The notes beneath the pieces are model-generated. The model made no database searches, was not told the DNA's origin, and was given only the letters and a program-made list of their open reading frames with translations. A DNA stretch of 61,992 nt, counting the filler, from Dirinaria sp. TL-2023a (taxonomy: Eukaryota), in NCBI GenBank assembly GCA_051941275.1. It is 8 parts of 8 records of this genome, joined end to end, with 100 filler letters (N's around TTAATTAATTAA, not from the genome) between each part and the next. Parts side by side here need not be neighbours in the genome. Positions count along the whole stretch, not along the records: positions 23,326 to 30,992 come from JAVEBF010001285.1; positions 31,093 to 38,754 come from JAVEBF010001286.1; 6 more parts are not named here. One strand, given 5' to 3'. Below are positions 23,407 through 35,824 of the stretch, piece by piece (within the stretch, counting starts at the first letter, position 1; the number at the start of each line of letters is the position of its first letter). A program made the position numbers and the translations under genes.

Positions 23407-26360
23407 TCACAACAGCGGCAAAAAACCCACCGGCACCATCATCGCCACCGTCAACGCCACCATTACTACTCCACTCAGCCGCTGCCTCCGCTTGCCTCTG
23501 AGCAGCGAGTTCCCCGCCGCTACAAACCCAGGCCCGGAGTAATTCCCATTATTGACGCCACCACTACCTGTTGGCGCAACTAACGCCTCCGTGGAGCCTG
23601 CTACGATAACCTCGCTCCCCCCTGACGAAGGGAGCGATACCGGTACTCCACTGATGGTGACGGCCGAGCCGCCTGGGACCAGGGTCTGGCTGCCGCCAAC
23701 CACATATTCGGAGCCCCCCGAGAGCGGGCGCGCGGTCACGAGATGCGAGGCGACGGTGAAGAGTTGCTCGGCGTTGGGTGTGTTGACGGATTGAGGAGAG
23801 GCGAGGTTGAGGGGGGAGGTGTGCCCGTTGATGATGATTGCGGAGGCGGAGGGGGCGAGGGAGTATGTCGAGCCTGAGATTGTGATGGCTGGGGAACCTG
23901 CTGCGAGGGTTTGGCCATTGACGATGAATTGAGTGCCGGCGCTGGCTGTTATAGGTTGAGAATTGATGGTGATGACTGGTGCGGGTTGGGGTGCGGCGAG
24001 AGGGGTTGTGTGTCCGTTGACGACGACCGCAGAGGCGGAAGGCTCGAGGGAGTATGTCGAGCCTGAGACTGTGATGGCTGGGGAGCCTGCTGCGAGGGTT
24101 TGGCCGTTGACGATGAACTGCGAAGCGGCGTTGGCTGTCACGGGTTGAGAAGCGATAGTGATGACCGGTGCTGGGTGTGGCGCGGCGAGAGGAGATGTGT
24201 GCCCGTTGACTACGACAGCGGAGGCAGAGGGCGCAAGCGAGTACGTGGAGCCGGAGACCACGATTGGGGACGAGCCTGGAGCGAGCGTCTGTGAGCCGAT
24301 GACGACTTGCGACGCTACGTTACTAGCGATCGATGGGATCGGTTCGGCATGGCTGCCGAAAGCACCAACGATGATGGCACCAAAGCCGGTGGAGGATGGG
24401 GGAGACGGAGACGGAGATGGTGGCTTTTGGTCGAGAGGCGATGCCTGCTCGCTTGATACCGGAGAGTTCGGGGCTGGAGAGGGTTTTGATATCGGGTTCG
24501 GCTGCTCAGCGCTAGCTCCTGCTGGGGAGGCTCCTTGTGATTTGGCGGCTTGAGAGGATGCTTGTTCTGGGACTACGGCGGCGGCGGAATTTGCGTTTCC
24601 TGATGCTTTTGGCGGTGAATTTTCTTTCGCTCCGGTGTTCACCGGTTTCTTTGGCGATCCACTTGGAGCAGCAGCCTTGGGAGAAGGTGAGCTTGCCGGT
24701 GGCGGGACTTCTGAACTTTGAGCGATGGGAATAGGTGCAATCGCGGACAAGGGATTCACAGAAGGCTGTGGTTGAGCGTTGCTTTGCTCTGGCAACGCCG
24801 CAACTGATGGCTCCGTGTTTGGAGAGCTCGTTGCTGGGGCAGATTTGGCGGCTTGCGCTGCTGGGAGAGCAGCAGGCTCTGCGCTTCCTGTGGCTGCAGC
24901 TGGGCAACTCCCCGGATGGAAGCATCCAAGACCCTTCACGGTGACTGCAGAGCCTGTCGTCAGATCCGGTACAATGCCTGCTGTAGCTGCAGCCGCATAC
25001 GTGCAGCCATCAGCAATACCAATTGACGGGCCTCCAATCACACATGATCCAAGATTGGGATACTGAGCAACGTAATCAGGTTGCTTCAGCAACCATGGTA
25101 TGATATCCGGAGGCAGAAACCCATACTCCACGTTGTCTACATGGGTAAGAGTGCTGTAGGTAGTCGTCGGGATGGGAACTGGAGTCACAGGTGCCGGAGT
25201 TACGAAACTGAATGTGGTAGAAGTCTTGGCTGCTCCAGGAATCGTGACTGGGTAAATCTGAACCTCCGGATCATCGACAGATTCAGTGGCAGCTTCAGGC
25301 GGAAAGTGGAGGAAAGGCGTAGAGAAGCTGATGACGGTAGTTGACGGATAGGCAGACGAATTCGTAGCAACGTGGCTCTCCGTCTCGAGAATTGTAGTGG
25401 CGACTGTTATCACACTCGGGCCTTGCTGGCCGCTGAAATAATTTTGTACGGCGCTGTTCATTCCTGAGATAACAGCGGACGCACGAACGGTTGAGACTTG
25501 AGTGGATGTTACAGATTCATCTGGACACAAAAGGCTCCAGCTCGAAGACGTCGTACAAGCTAGTTGGCCATTGGCCTGGGTAACAGCAGGCGCATGGATA
25601 ACCTTGACCGAAGGAATGACATAAAACCCAGCGGGAGACGTCACAACAGTGCCGTATATGGATGTAGCTGTGGCATTGATCATACTCGTTGTAGTGTAAG
25701 GCCCCTTTGCAGTGTTGTACGTGCCAACGTTGTCAACGCCGATTTGCCATGAAGTCACGTAGCTCGCGTTTTTTATGGTTGTCGTTGTTGCATCTGCAGT
25801 GTATGTTGGTTAGCTCATTGAGGGACAATGAGCTCACAAATGGTAGAAAAATAGCAGATGATCCACATGTAAACATCCTTGATGTTCTCGAAGAAGTAGG
25901 ACCGTACAAACGACCTTTCCTCCGGCAGGGAGATACAGAATGAGCAGGGATCAAACTTACAGTGCGTGATGGCGGTGTCAATATATTGCGTGATAGAGGA
26001 TATAATAGAAGTCACCCTTCTCAACCCATACCAAGTCGAGGTTGAGTAATGAGCCCAATAGTCGACACTGACAGTGTCCTGGATAAGGAAACAGCAGTCG
26101 CTCTGCGCATGGCTGGCGTTTGCATAGGGTGCCAATGAGCTAGCTGGCAATGCTGTAGGGCCAGCGACGCCAGTTGGGGGAGGAGTTATGGTGACATAGG
26201 AAGTGGTGATATACTCAGTCAGAGTAATACTCGAAGCTGATCCTCACGTGAGCTACTTTTTCGCCTGATATATGGAAAGTGCCATACTCAGGGTTGGCAA
26301 GTCATCCGAGCAGACAACTTGAAGCCAGGCGATCAGCGCAAAAACAGCGACACAATACAT
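23407..26360 (-). CDS. Secreted S/T/P/A-rich cell-wall or mucin-like protein with tandem beta-rich repeats, probable GPI/TM anchor
   Basis: Signal peptide MYCVAVFALIAWLQVVCS at 26360. Two introns (GTATGG..CAG and GTAAGT..CAG) link it in frame to the 783-aa ORF. Hydrophobic C-terminus. Confidence 0.85.
23810..24310 (-). repeat. Coding tandem repeat, ~2.7 copies of a ~62-aa unit
   Basis: Repeated unit PVITIxSQPxTAxAxxQFIVNGQTLAAGSPAITxSGSTYSLxPSASAxxxNGHTxPL. Confidence 0.9.
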
Positions 26361-27286
26361 TCGGACCTGATCGCAAGTGGGAATGTAGAACCTGACATTT
26401 GCCGGAAAGAAAGAAGAGGAAGCGAGAGAAGCCAAATTGATGAAGAGCAGAAATTGAAGGGAGGAGAGCTTGTCGTAGGATTCTTGCCTCGACATCCATC
26501 CTGCACGGGTAGGGCGTCGGCCATTCAGCAGATGGCCTGATGAATGTCCATCGTTATTGCTTTACTGTTAGGAGACTAGTACCTGCTGTAGCTTGAAGAC
26601 ATTTGACTCGTGAAGCCATTTTAGATTTACCCTGGACTTGCGGCTGGAAAACTCATTAACACATTCCGCGGGGGACCACGATGGACTGTCGGACACCGTC
26701 TTCACCATCCCTGTCAGACTTGTTTCATCTTCATTTCAGTGGGTCGGTTGATTGGTGAGCCTGGCGGAGCCGCGCAGTCTAGGCTCTGATCTGGATTAGT
26801 TTTTGCCTTGGTCCAGGATTCACAGGCGCGCTAGAGTCGCTAGTGTCGGTAGTCCTCGACGTCGTTGATGATAGTCACCACTCACCATGTGGGCTGTGCC
26901 GTTCATGCCAAAATGCTCGATGATCCAGGTGGGATGGAAGGATGGCAGTGCATGATTCTTCGTTGTCGTGGTCCCATGCGACCGGAAAACACACCTCTTC
27001 CACCATTGGCTCTGGGTGTCGAATCCCAACAATAATAATAGTAACCATAATGTTGCGCCTTACAAATACATACTTGATCTCCTTGACTGGGTAGTCCCAT
27101 GCTACGATCTACATGCTCCTACCGTTCTTCTTCCTCTTCAATTGTGTCTGATTGGCGGCATGACAAACGCAGGAACCGTGGGAGCCTTTCCTCCTTTATG
27201 ATTACTGCCTACCCTTGGCTAAACGATCGTGGTCCGCACATCATTTCGCAAATTTCTGTTCGTGAAGGTTGTGTCACCGCAGCGAA

Positions 27287-29158
27287 ATGTGGTCTCGCAA
27301 TGCATTTCTACTATTCTTATTCGAGTTCTGCTTCTGGGGCTTAACCAACGCTGGCATTACCTCTCAACTAGTACCTCGAACTTCCAACACCACCGCAGCG
27401 CCAGTTGTCGTCCCGGCAAGCCAGAACTTCGAGGGCAATGACGGACCGTGGTCAACATTCACCCTGAGAATCGGCAACCCTGCTCAAGATGTCACAGTCA
27501 TGGTCTCCACTACTGGCTACCAGACCTGGGCCGTCGTTCCTCAAGGTTGCCCTTCAGCTGAACCAGCAAATTGCGCCCAATTGCGCGGGGGTCTGCTGAA
27601 TGTCAACGACTCTACAACCTGGGTTCAGAATAACGTGTCCTCAAATGGAACCTTCACCCTGGGACTAGAGGAGAATTTAGGATATACCGGGAACGGTCTT
27701 TTCGGGTATGATACAGTGGCACTGGGATGGCAAGGGAGCAACGGCCCGTCACTCGATCAACAGATTGTTGCTGGCATCGCCACTCCCGAGTTTTACATGG
27801 GTACTTTTGGCGTAGACCCACGTCCTACGAACTTTTCCAACTACAACCATCCAGTCCCTAGCTACATGTCGAATTTGAAAGAGAAAAATATGATCCCTTC
27901 GTTATCCTGGGGCTACACAGCGGGAAACCAATACAGGCTGGATTCGGTGCTGGGAAGTCTCACATTAGGTGGCTACGATGCGTCGCGGTTCCAAGCCAAT
28001 AACGTTACATTTCCTTTCCATAACCAGGATATTCGGGCACTGACGGTCGGGATTTCTTCCATTCTCTACAGTACAGATTCTGTCCGGAGATCGTTACTTA
28101 ATGAGAGCATCTCGGCTTTCGTCGATTCCACGATACCCTGGATCTACCTGCCACTAGAAGTTTGCAAGCAGTTCGAGTCTGCTTTCGGGATCGAATGGGA
28201 CACTGACCATCAAGTTTACCTTGTCAACGACACTCTTCATACTAAGCTACAGGCCGAAAATGCCACAGTGACATTCACACTTCAGAGCCTGGGTCAGGCT
28301 GGATCAGTGGATATAGCGCTTCCATACGCCGCTTTTGACTTGATCGCTGAATACCCATTAGCCTCGAATCGAACGCGTTATTTCCCTCTCTCGCGTGCAA
28401 CGAATGAGACTCAATATACGCTTGGTCGGACATTCTTCCAAGAAGCGTAAGTACATTTTGGTTCCGCGACAATTACAATGCGAGTAGCTGCGCTTCTAGA
28501 ACATGCTTCCTGGGATAAGCTTCATGTATGGTATCATTTCTGACGTCTTCTTTTTCACGGTGTTTTTGTACCAATACTCCCTACTTTGCTCTTATGACTG
28601 AAGCTCCTCTTTCAAGAATTCGGCAAGTACTGATGGGGAATTTCCAGCTACGTCATTGCAGATTACGAACGACGAAATTTCTCAGTCTCACAGTGCACTT
28701 GGGACGCCAACGCTCAACAGCATATTCTCCCCATCAAATCACTTGCGGCTGGCGGTCATTCTTCCCACTCCCACAAACTTTCTGGAGGAGCCATTGCAGG
28801 TGTCGTTATTGGAAGCATTATCGGTCTCTCTGCTCTCGCGCTGCTGGGTTTCTTCAGCTACAAGAGATTCCGCAAACATGGAGATGATTCGCAAGATGAT
28901 GGACAAGCCGAACTTGATGCCGGAGAGAAACTACCGCCTGAACTCAAAGGCGACAAATATGTTGGGCCAGAAATAGATGGAAAGCGGCTCTTTGCACCCG
29001 AGGCTGATGGCAAAAGCCTTCCGGCCTACGAGCTGGGGGGGACGAAGGCCGGACATGAACTCGACAGTGGCGCCAACGTTGGACACGAACTTGATAGTGG
29101 CCAGACTGGTGCTGCAGAGATGCCTGCCGGCCGAACTCCGGTTGCTGAACTACCTTGA
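27287..29158 (+). CDS. Membrane-anchored peptidase A1 (aspartic protease-like) protein with non-canonical active site
   Basis: Signal peptide; GNDGPWSTF, GSLTLGGYD and YTLGRTFFQEA; intron 28447-28647; then YVIADYERRNFSVSQC, TM GAIAGVVIGSIIGLSALALLGFF and a cytoplasmic tail ending at TGA 29158. Confidence 0.9.
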
Positions 29159-30557
29159 AAGCCCACAATTCTTCGCATTCGACGACACCGAAGCCTCTCG
29201 CCGCCGAAGCTACCAACATGCTGGAAAGTCTCAGAACGTAAGCCCCGCGGAAGGCTCCAAAGTATAAAACAGGGATGACTCCTTGGCCCTAGGTAGCAAT
29301 ATACATCCCTTCCATCGTACTGGATGGGATTGTTAAGACGTCTGCAAAGCTGTGCAACACCGTAGTATGGTCTCGGTTATCCGCCAAAACAGCTTTGGCG
29401 CCTTTTCAGAAGTGCCCTCCTCAGGCTCATCCTAATTCAAGTCATCCAAATCGAGCTCTTTGGTGGTCACGTCTCAATGCGCGCAGCGCAGCAAGCATTG
29501 GACTTGCCACCATTGCATGCAAGCTATTTGGCTATAGTTTTCAAAGACTAGCTCCAACGTCATCCAACCTCCATTTCTCAACTTAGAGAGGTGTTACTAA
29601 AACAAATACCTCGATCGCATCATGTAGTTGGAGGAGAAGCTTAATATTGAGAGCGTTTATTCAAAATGCTTCAACGACCTTAGGAGCTTGTTTGCGACGA
29701 GATCATTGCATGCAGGTTGCATGTTTATGTTGTTTTTTATTTTGGAAAGCCGCTCCAATACTTTACGACATTTTATCGTTGTCTGGGGTTTGTCATCAAA
29801 CACTTTAACCGTTCGAAGATCATTCGGAGTGTGAAGCTTGCTTTGCAGGTAATCTTCCGACTACGAAGAATATCGATTCAGTTGATGCTTCTCTCATCGC
29901 ATTTTTCAATATCGAATGCTTAGCATGCAGACAATTCAGCTAGCTAGGAGTGGTTTTCAAAAGCACGTCTCGACCGTCCGTTGAATTTGAAAGAGCTCTG
30001 TCAGGCTCATTGGGCCAGTTTCGCCACTGTGTATGGAAGGTTTCTTTTAGTTTAAATCTATCATATCTTTCAGAGACAGCTTCAGGTAGCTTGGATGTAT
30101 TTCTAAGAAACCCCTCGACGATCTTGTGGGCTCGTTCACGAGAAAATTATTGCATCCAGAAGGCATAAAAATTTTTTTAAAGGAAACAGCCCTATTACCT
30201 TTATCGTTGTCTAGAAGTTTCCTATCAAACACTTCCATCGTTCAGCGCTCACTCGGAGTTTGAAATCCTCTTTGCAGACAATGATCCCAGGCAAACGCCT
30301 TGGCCCCGCTCGTCGTGTTCAACTACCAATCCTGAAATCATGCGACGCCCTCCACGTTGTCGGACGGGCTGTCTATGGTCTTAGTTGGAACATTCCTCAT
30401 GGTAGTGAACAAATGGAATATATGTATGCATTCAATGGCAGACTCCAGTCCTCTGAACAATACTTCCCCTCCGAGAGAAGTGATCTTCGAAAGAACAACG
30501 AGAGCATTGAAGAGTGGGCAAATATTGCTAATCAGCATGTCTTTTGGCGCTGAATCA

Positions 30558-30588
<31 letters not shown>

Positions 30589-30992
30589 GTGTTTGCAGAG
30601 ACTTCAAATTATAAGTCTTCAACATGACTTTTCGTTACCTTATAAGTACAGTCCGCTCTATCGCACGCTGTGCATGGAGTATCCTCTTCCAAGTCAAAGC
30701 CCAGAAGTGCAGAATTTTTTGGCGGCGCCGATCAGTTTATCTGGTGAGCCTAATTCTGCTATCTAAAATTCTATATGCTTTCTCATGGATGCATAGCACA
30801 ACCCTGGCTCCTCACTTTGCTGTTCCTCACTCATTCATTGAAGTCACACTCCTCTGATTCTTCAATTGGGTATCTTCTCCAAGATCAGATAATCACTATT
30901 TTACAAGTTCTTCCGCTTAATAGTTGCAACTCAAAAGCATATACAAGACCTTTCACCTATGTCCTCCTGTCCACAAAACCCAACCTTTATTC

Positions 30993-31092
30993 NNNNNNNN
31001 NNNNNNNNNNNNNNNNNNNNNNNNNNNNNNNNNNNNTTAATTAATTAANNNNNNNNNNNNNNNNNNNNNNNNNNNNNNNNNNNNNNNNNNNN
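30993..31092. other. Artificial contig linker
   Basis: N44-TTAATTAATTAA-N44. Confidence 0.99.
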
Positions 31093-31921
31093 TCCTCTAC
31101 CTTCCCCAAAAAAACCTTCCCTACCCCCCTCAATATCGCATTACAAACCTCCTCTTCCTTCCCACCCATCCAACGCCAAATACCAGCCGCAGAGGAGGTA
31201 GAAAGGAGCAGAGCAGCAAAGACCACATTTTTCGACGCGATTTCCGGTTTGTTATACAGCCACCCATGGGTGCCGGCGAGAGTTGGACCACGGGATAATA
31301 CCGCTTGTGATGACCCTGGTCCATGAGTAAACTTTCCCTTCTAAAAGAGATGGCAATGCCATGGGAAGAAACCAGAGGTACTAAAGAGTTTACCTTACAC
31401 GGAAAACCTCATGGATAAGGTGAAGTGGGATCGATGTCCGAATAAAGAATTTCGGGCAGCCCTCGGCTTTTAATTGCAGTTAGCCTAGGCGCCAAGGCGG
31501 AGTTAAGTAGGAACCGGGATGCCTGAGGCCCATCTTGCTTGCAAGCCTCGCGAAGAAAGAAAAAAGGTATATTCACGATGATATATGATGATTGATTTGC
31601 CGAGAGAAAAAAGCTTGCTACGTATCTACGTATCGGCACAAGGTTCAACAATGGTGTCGATACGACAAACAAACCGATGCTAGCAGCCTTGATCGAGAGA
31701 CTCAAGGTATGGTATGGATGTGCTGCTATGTATGACATCGGATCTGGTATATTATGGCTTGCTACAGTGCCCCACCTTACAGACAATTATGCCAGTATTG
31801 ATCTCTGCATGGACATACTTTCAGCTTCTTTCAAGGCCCCAATTTCCTCTTCCCTATACATTATCGTCCCACATACATCATCGCTCGGAACAACATCAAG
31901 ACAGATTTCCAGAAAGTATAT

Positions 31922-34900
31922 TCAGCCGGCATCGAACCCCGCTCCAATGTTCCACCACACACTGAACCCCTCGAGTAAAACCAGCAGCATATAATAAACC
32001 CAACTCACGCACTTCAACCCGGCCACACTCGACCCGGAAGCTTCGCTTTTATGCGTGGGTGAAGCTGCCGGGCTATTCGACCGCGAACTCGGAGCGCTTG
32101 TCTCAGAGCTCAAAGCGTTGGAGCCTGAAGTCTGGAAGGTGTTCGTCCTGAAACTGGTTCCACTGGTTTGAACCCCCGAGGTTCGATGCGCGGGGCCAAA
32201 AGTCTCGGTCCTGTGCCCGAAGACGAGGTCGGAGCTCCCCAAGGACACGGATGTGCCGTTCACGGTGACCGCTGCACCTCCGGGGATGATGGATTGACTG
32301 GCGGCGAAGATGGCCGAGGACCGAAGGGTGAATGTCTGGCTGCCGATGGCGAATTCGGAGGCCAGGCTGGGAAGCACCTGGTGTGTATCCGTGGACGTAG
32401 GCTGCGAGACAGCGGATTGATTGATCAAGGGTGTCGAAGAGCTGGATGTAGCGGTTTGCTCGGGACTAGGAGCAGAGAGGGATCGTGCGGTGGATTGGAA
32501 CTCCCGGGTATTATCATCTTGGCTGCTGGAGCTTCCTGTTACGGCAGAATTGAGGCTAGTCAGTGGCAGCGATGAAGAGCCAGGAGGGAGGATGTTTTCA
32601 GTATTAGTGGTACTCGCCGGTTGTAAAGCCGAGTTAGGCATAATGGTGCTACTGGGACTGCCATCAAGCATCACGCGAGAGCTTTGAGAAACGGTGAGCG
32701 CAGCGGTGGCGTCCATAGTTCGAGAAGAGCCAGCCAGGGAAGCTGCTGCAGACGAGAGGTCGCTTTTCTGGAGCGTTGCAGTGTCGTCACTCTTTACATC
32801 AAGGCCACCAGCCTTGACAAAAGCACGATTTGTTGTTACCGTATGAGAGGAGGGACGCAGAGACACCGCGGCATTGGCATCTGTAAGTTGAGAAGAACTA
32901 GGCAAAGCAGACACCGCAGACGAGCGATGGATCATGGATTGAGAGCTGCTCGGGAGCGTGGTGTTACTTTCACCTGCTACGACAACGCCACCAGCCTTGG
33001 TAGAAGTGCTGCTTGTTTCTAGAGTATGCAAAGAGCTCACTAGGTTTGTGGTTTCTATGTTAGTACTAGCAGTGAAACGAGATTTTGTAGCGGAAGTTTT
33101 AGGACCCCCAACCGCAATGCCAGAGCCTTCAGGCCTTCGATTTTGACTAGCGGTGCTAATAACCGACTCGGGGGCTGTTGAATCTTGCGCGTCGGTGGTG
33201 AGTACTGTCGACATCGATCTAGAAGCCTTGGTGATGGCCTGTGTCTGACTGAGTTTTGATGAGATATCTGTATGGGGTCCCAAGCCAGTGGCAAGGTTTG
33301 ACGTGACCGAACGCTGAGACCCAGATCGGCTCCGCGGCGCTGTCACCACAGGCTCCGTGCTAGCTGAGCTTTTCAACGAACTCGTCTTCACAGCCACGCT
33401 CGCCAAGTCTGATTGTGTTGTCGAAGCTACTGCTCCAACCGAAGGCTTCGATTCGGGGACTTTTGAGATCGACGCGATACTGCTCACTAAGCCTTGAGGA
33501 CTGGAGCTACCTGTAAACTTTGACCTTGTAGATGGAGCTGTAAAGGCTGGGTTCCCATGGCCTGTGTCTTTTTGCGAAGCTACAATCTGAGCTTTACTCA
33601 AATGGCTCGAGAGGCTTGTGGAAGTGATTTCATCAGAACTAGAACTAGAGCTGAGCTCTTCAGACGATGTAATGCCGCTCTTTGAGGTGTTAGGGATAGA
33701 TTTAGCTGAAGGCTGCGCCCCTTTAGATGAAGCTAGAATAGCTGAGTTTTCATGGGTTGTGCCTTCCCGCGAAGCTACAACCTGAGCCTTACTTGAATGC
33801 CTCGATAGATTTGCGGAAGTGACTATTTCAGAACTCGAACGAGGGCTAGGCCCTCCAGTTGACAGTATATTGCTCTTCGAGATGTGAGGGATAGAGCTAC
33901 TCACTTGCTCTGTCTCTCGAGGCGGAGATGAGACGGCTGAGGTTTTCACGCTTCTCTGCGAAGTTGAAATCTGGATCTTGCTTGTAAGGCTTGACAGAGC
34001 TGTGGGAGTGGTTCTGCTAGTGGCAGAACTAGACCCGGGCTCTCTTGGAGGAACAACAGTACCGCCAATCTGGCCTATGTTAGATAAGATGGCATGTGTT
34101 TGTAGAGCTAGCCTAGACCGTACAGAAGATCCAGCGCTACTAATTGCAGCGGGACTTGGCTTCACCGAAGTATGAGTGGATCCTCGCAGAGTCGGGATCA
34201 TTGTTTGCGTACTTTTGGTTTGAGGTGCTTGATCGATTCTCGTCGTGGGTCTACCGCTTGGTCTGATTGAGCCTGGTTTCTCATTTGTGATCTGGGTTCC
34301 CTTGGGGCCGCTCACACTTGGCACATGAGCATCGAGGTCGCTGATTTGCGAGCCTTGTTGGCTGTTAGGCGTAGATGCATGAGTAGCGACTACTGAATTG
34401 GAGACCCGTAATTTGGATTGGCGCTGCGCTTCCGTATTGGCTGGTATCGCTTTGGTCGAAGAGAGATCGGTTGTGGAAAGAGAGACTTGCGCTGAAACAG
34501 TTGGGCTGGATACTTTTGAAGTAATTTTAGGGTCAGAAATGGGCGTTGTCGATGACCCCCCCGTTTTCATATTAGGCGATGGAAGACGATCGCTATGAAT
34601 GGCAGATGTTGGTGGTGGAACTACGGTACTCTGTTCCGATGAAGTCGACTGCCCAGGAGTTGACTGAAGTGGCTCGGTGGAGCTTTTTGGAACTTTCGCC
34701 ACTAATACCGTAGATTTTGAAGAGATACTGTTGCTTAAATGCGGCTGCGGTGAAGATGTGGACCGCGGAGCCTCGATTGGAGTCTGCTTAGCGGTAGGTG
34801 GCGAAACCTGCTTAACAGAGGACGCTGACTCTTGTACAACGGATTGGCTCGGTTTGACAGCCCGACTACTTATGAAAGCGGATGTATGGGACGTAAATAA

Positions 34901-35824
34901 ACGCCTCGGTGACTCTGACGCAGTTGGTGATTGCTTAATAGACGATGCTGACTCTTGTACTTGTACAACGGGTTCGCTCGATTTGGAAACCCGACTGCCC
35001 ATGAGAGCGGATGCACGGGACGTGATCAAGGGGCTCGGTGAGTGAGACGCAGTGAACGCCACAGTTGCTAGTATAGCATCTAGAGATGAGGCCGTTCGAA
35101 ATAGAGAAGCTATGTATGCAGGCACTTTTGCACGATGAGCAACAGTTGTGGTTGCTAATTCAGAGCCGCCTCTCCGATCTGCAGTGATGTCGTCTGCTGA
35201 TACTGATATCTGTTGATGGGGAACTTTTCCAGCACTTATTGGTACGAATTGCGAGACAAGAGCTGTCGATGCAGGTTTAACAGAGGACCCGTGGAACGGT
35301 ATTGTGAGTTTCAACGTGTCGTTTGCAACCTCGCGCTTGGCGTACATCTCGTGCTTGGTAGCTTGTGTGGCTCTACGCTTTGCGTTGTATTGACTACGCA
35401 TTGAGTTGAACAGGTGTAACGATGAAGTTACTGCAGGTCTCTGATGATTTGAATCGTCCTGGAATTAATAAGAGATAATGTAGATTAGATAAGAAAAGAA
35501 AAGACCAACCAAAGCGGACGAGTCGTCAGCCAGAGAGTTTGAGTCGGCGCATTGGTCTGTGAACCGGGCTTTCGCGGTGGGTTCGCACCATCCCGAGACT
35601 GATACATACTCAGCAAAGTCTAGCCTTGGATATACCTTAGGCTGAGGCAGAAGACTACTGGATGTTTGGAGCGCAGTCTGCAATGGTTGAGTGATACGCC
35701 TCTGATATGGCTCCTCCATCGAGGCAGCAGCAGTCGATAGAGTATCAGAAGTGTTGGCAAGCAACATGTCCGACTTCGATAAACATACTAACCCCAGCAG
35801 ATGGACAATCACGAAGAAAAGCAT
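31922..35824 (-). CDS. Large Ser/Thr-rich mucin-like surface protein (~1283 aa), probable GPI anchor
   Basis: Signal peptide MLFFVIVHLLGLVCLS. Intron 35459-35509 joins it in frame to the 1159-aa ORF. Hydrophobic C-terminus VYYMLLVLLEGFSVWW. Confidence 0.85.
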
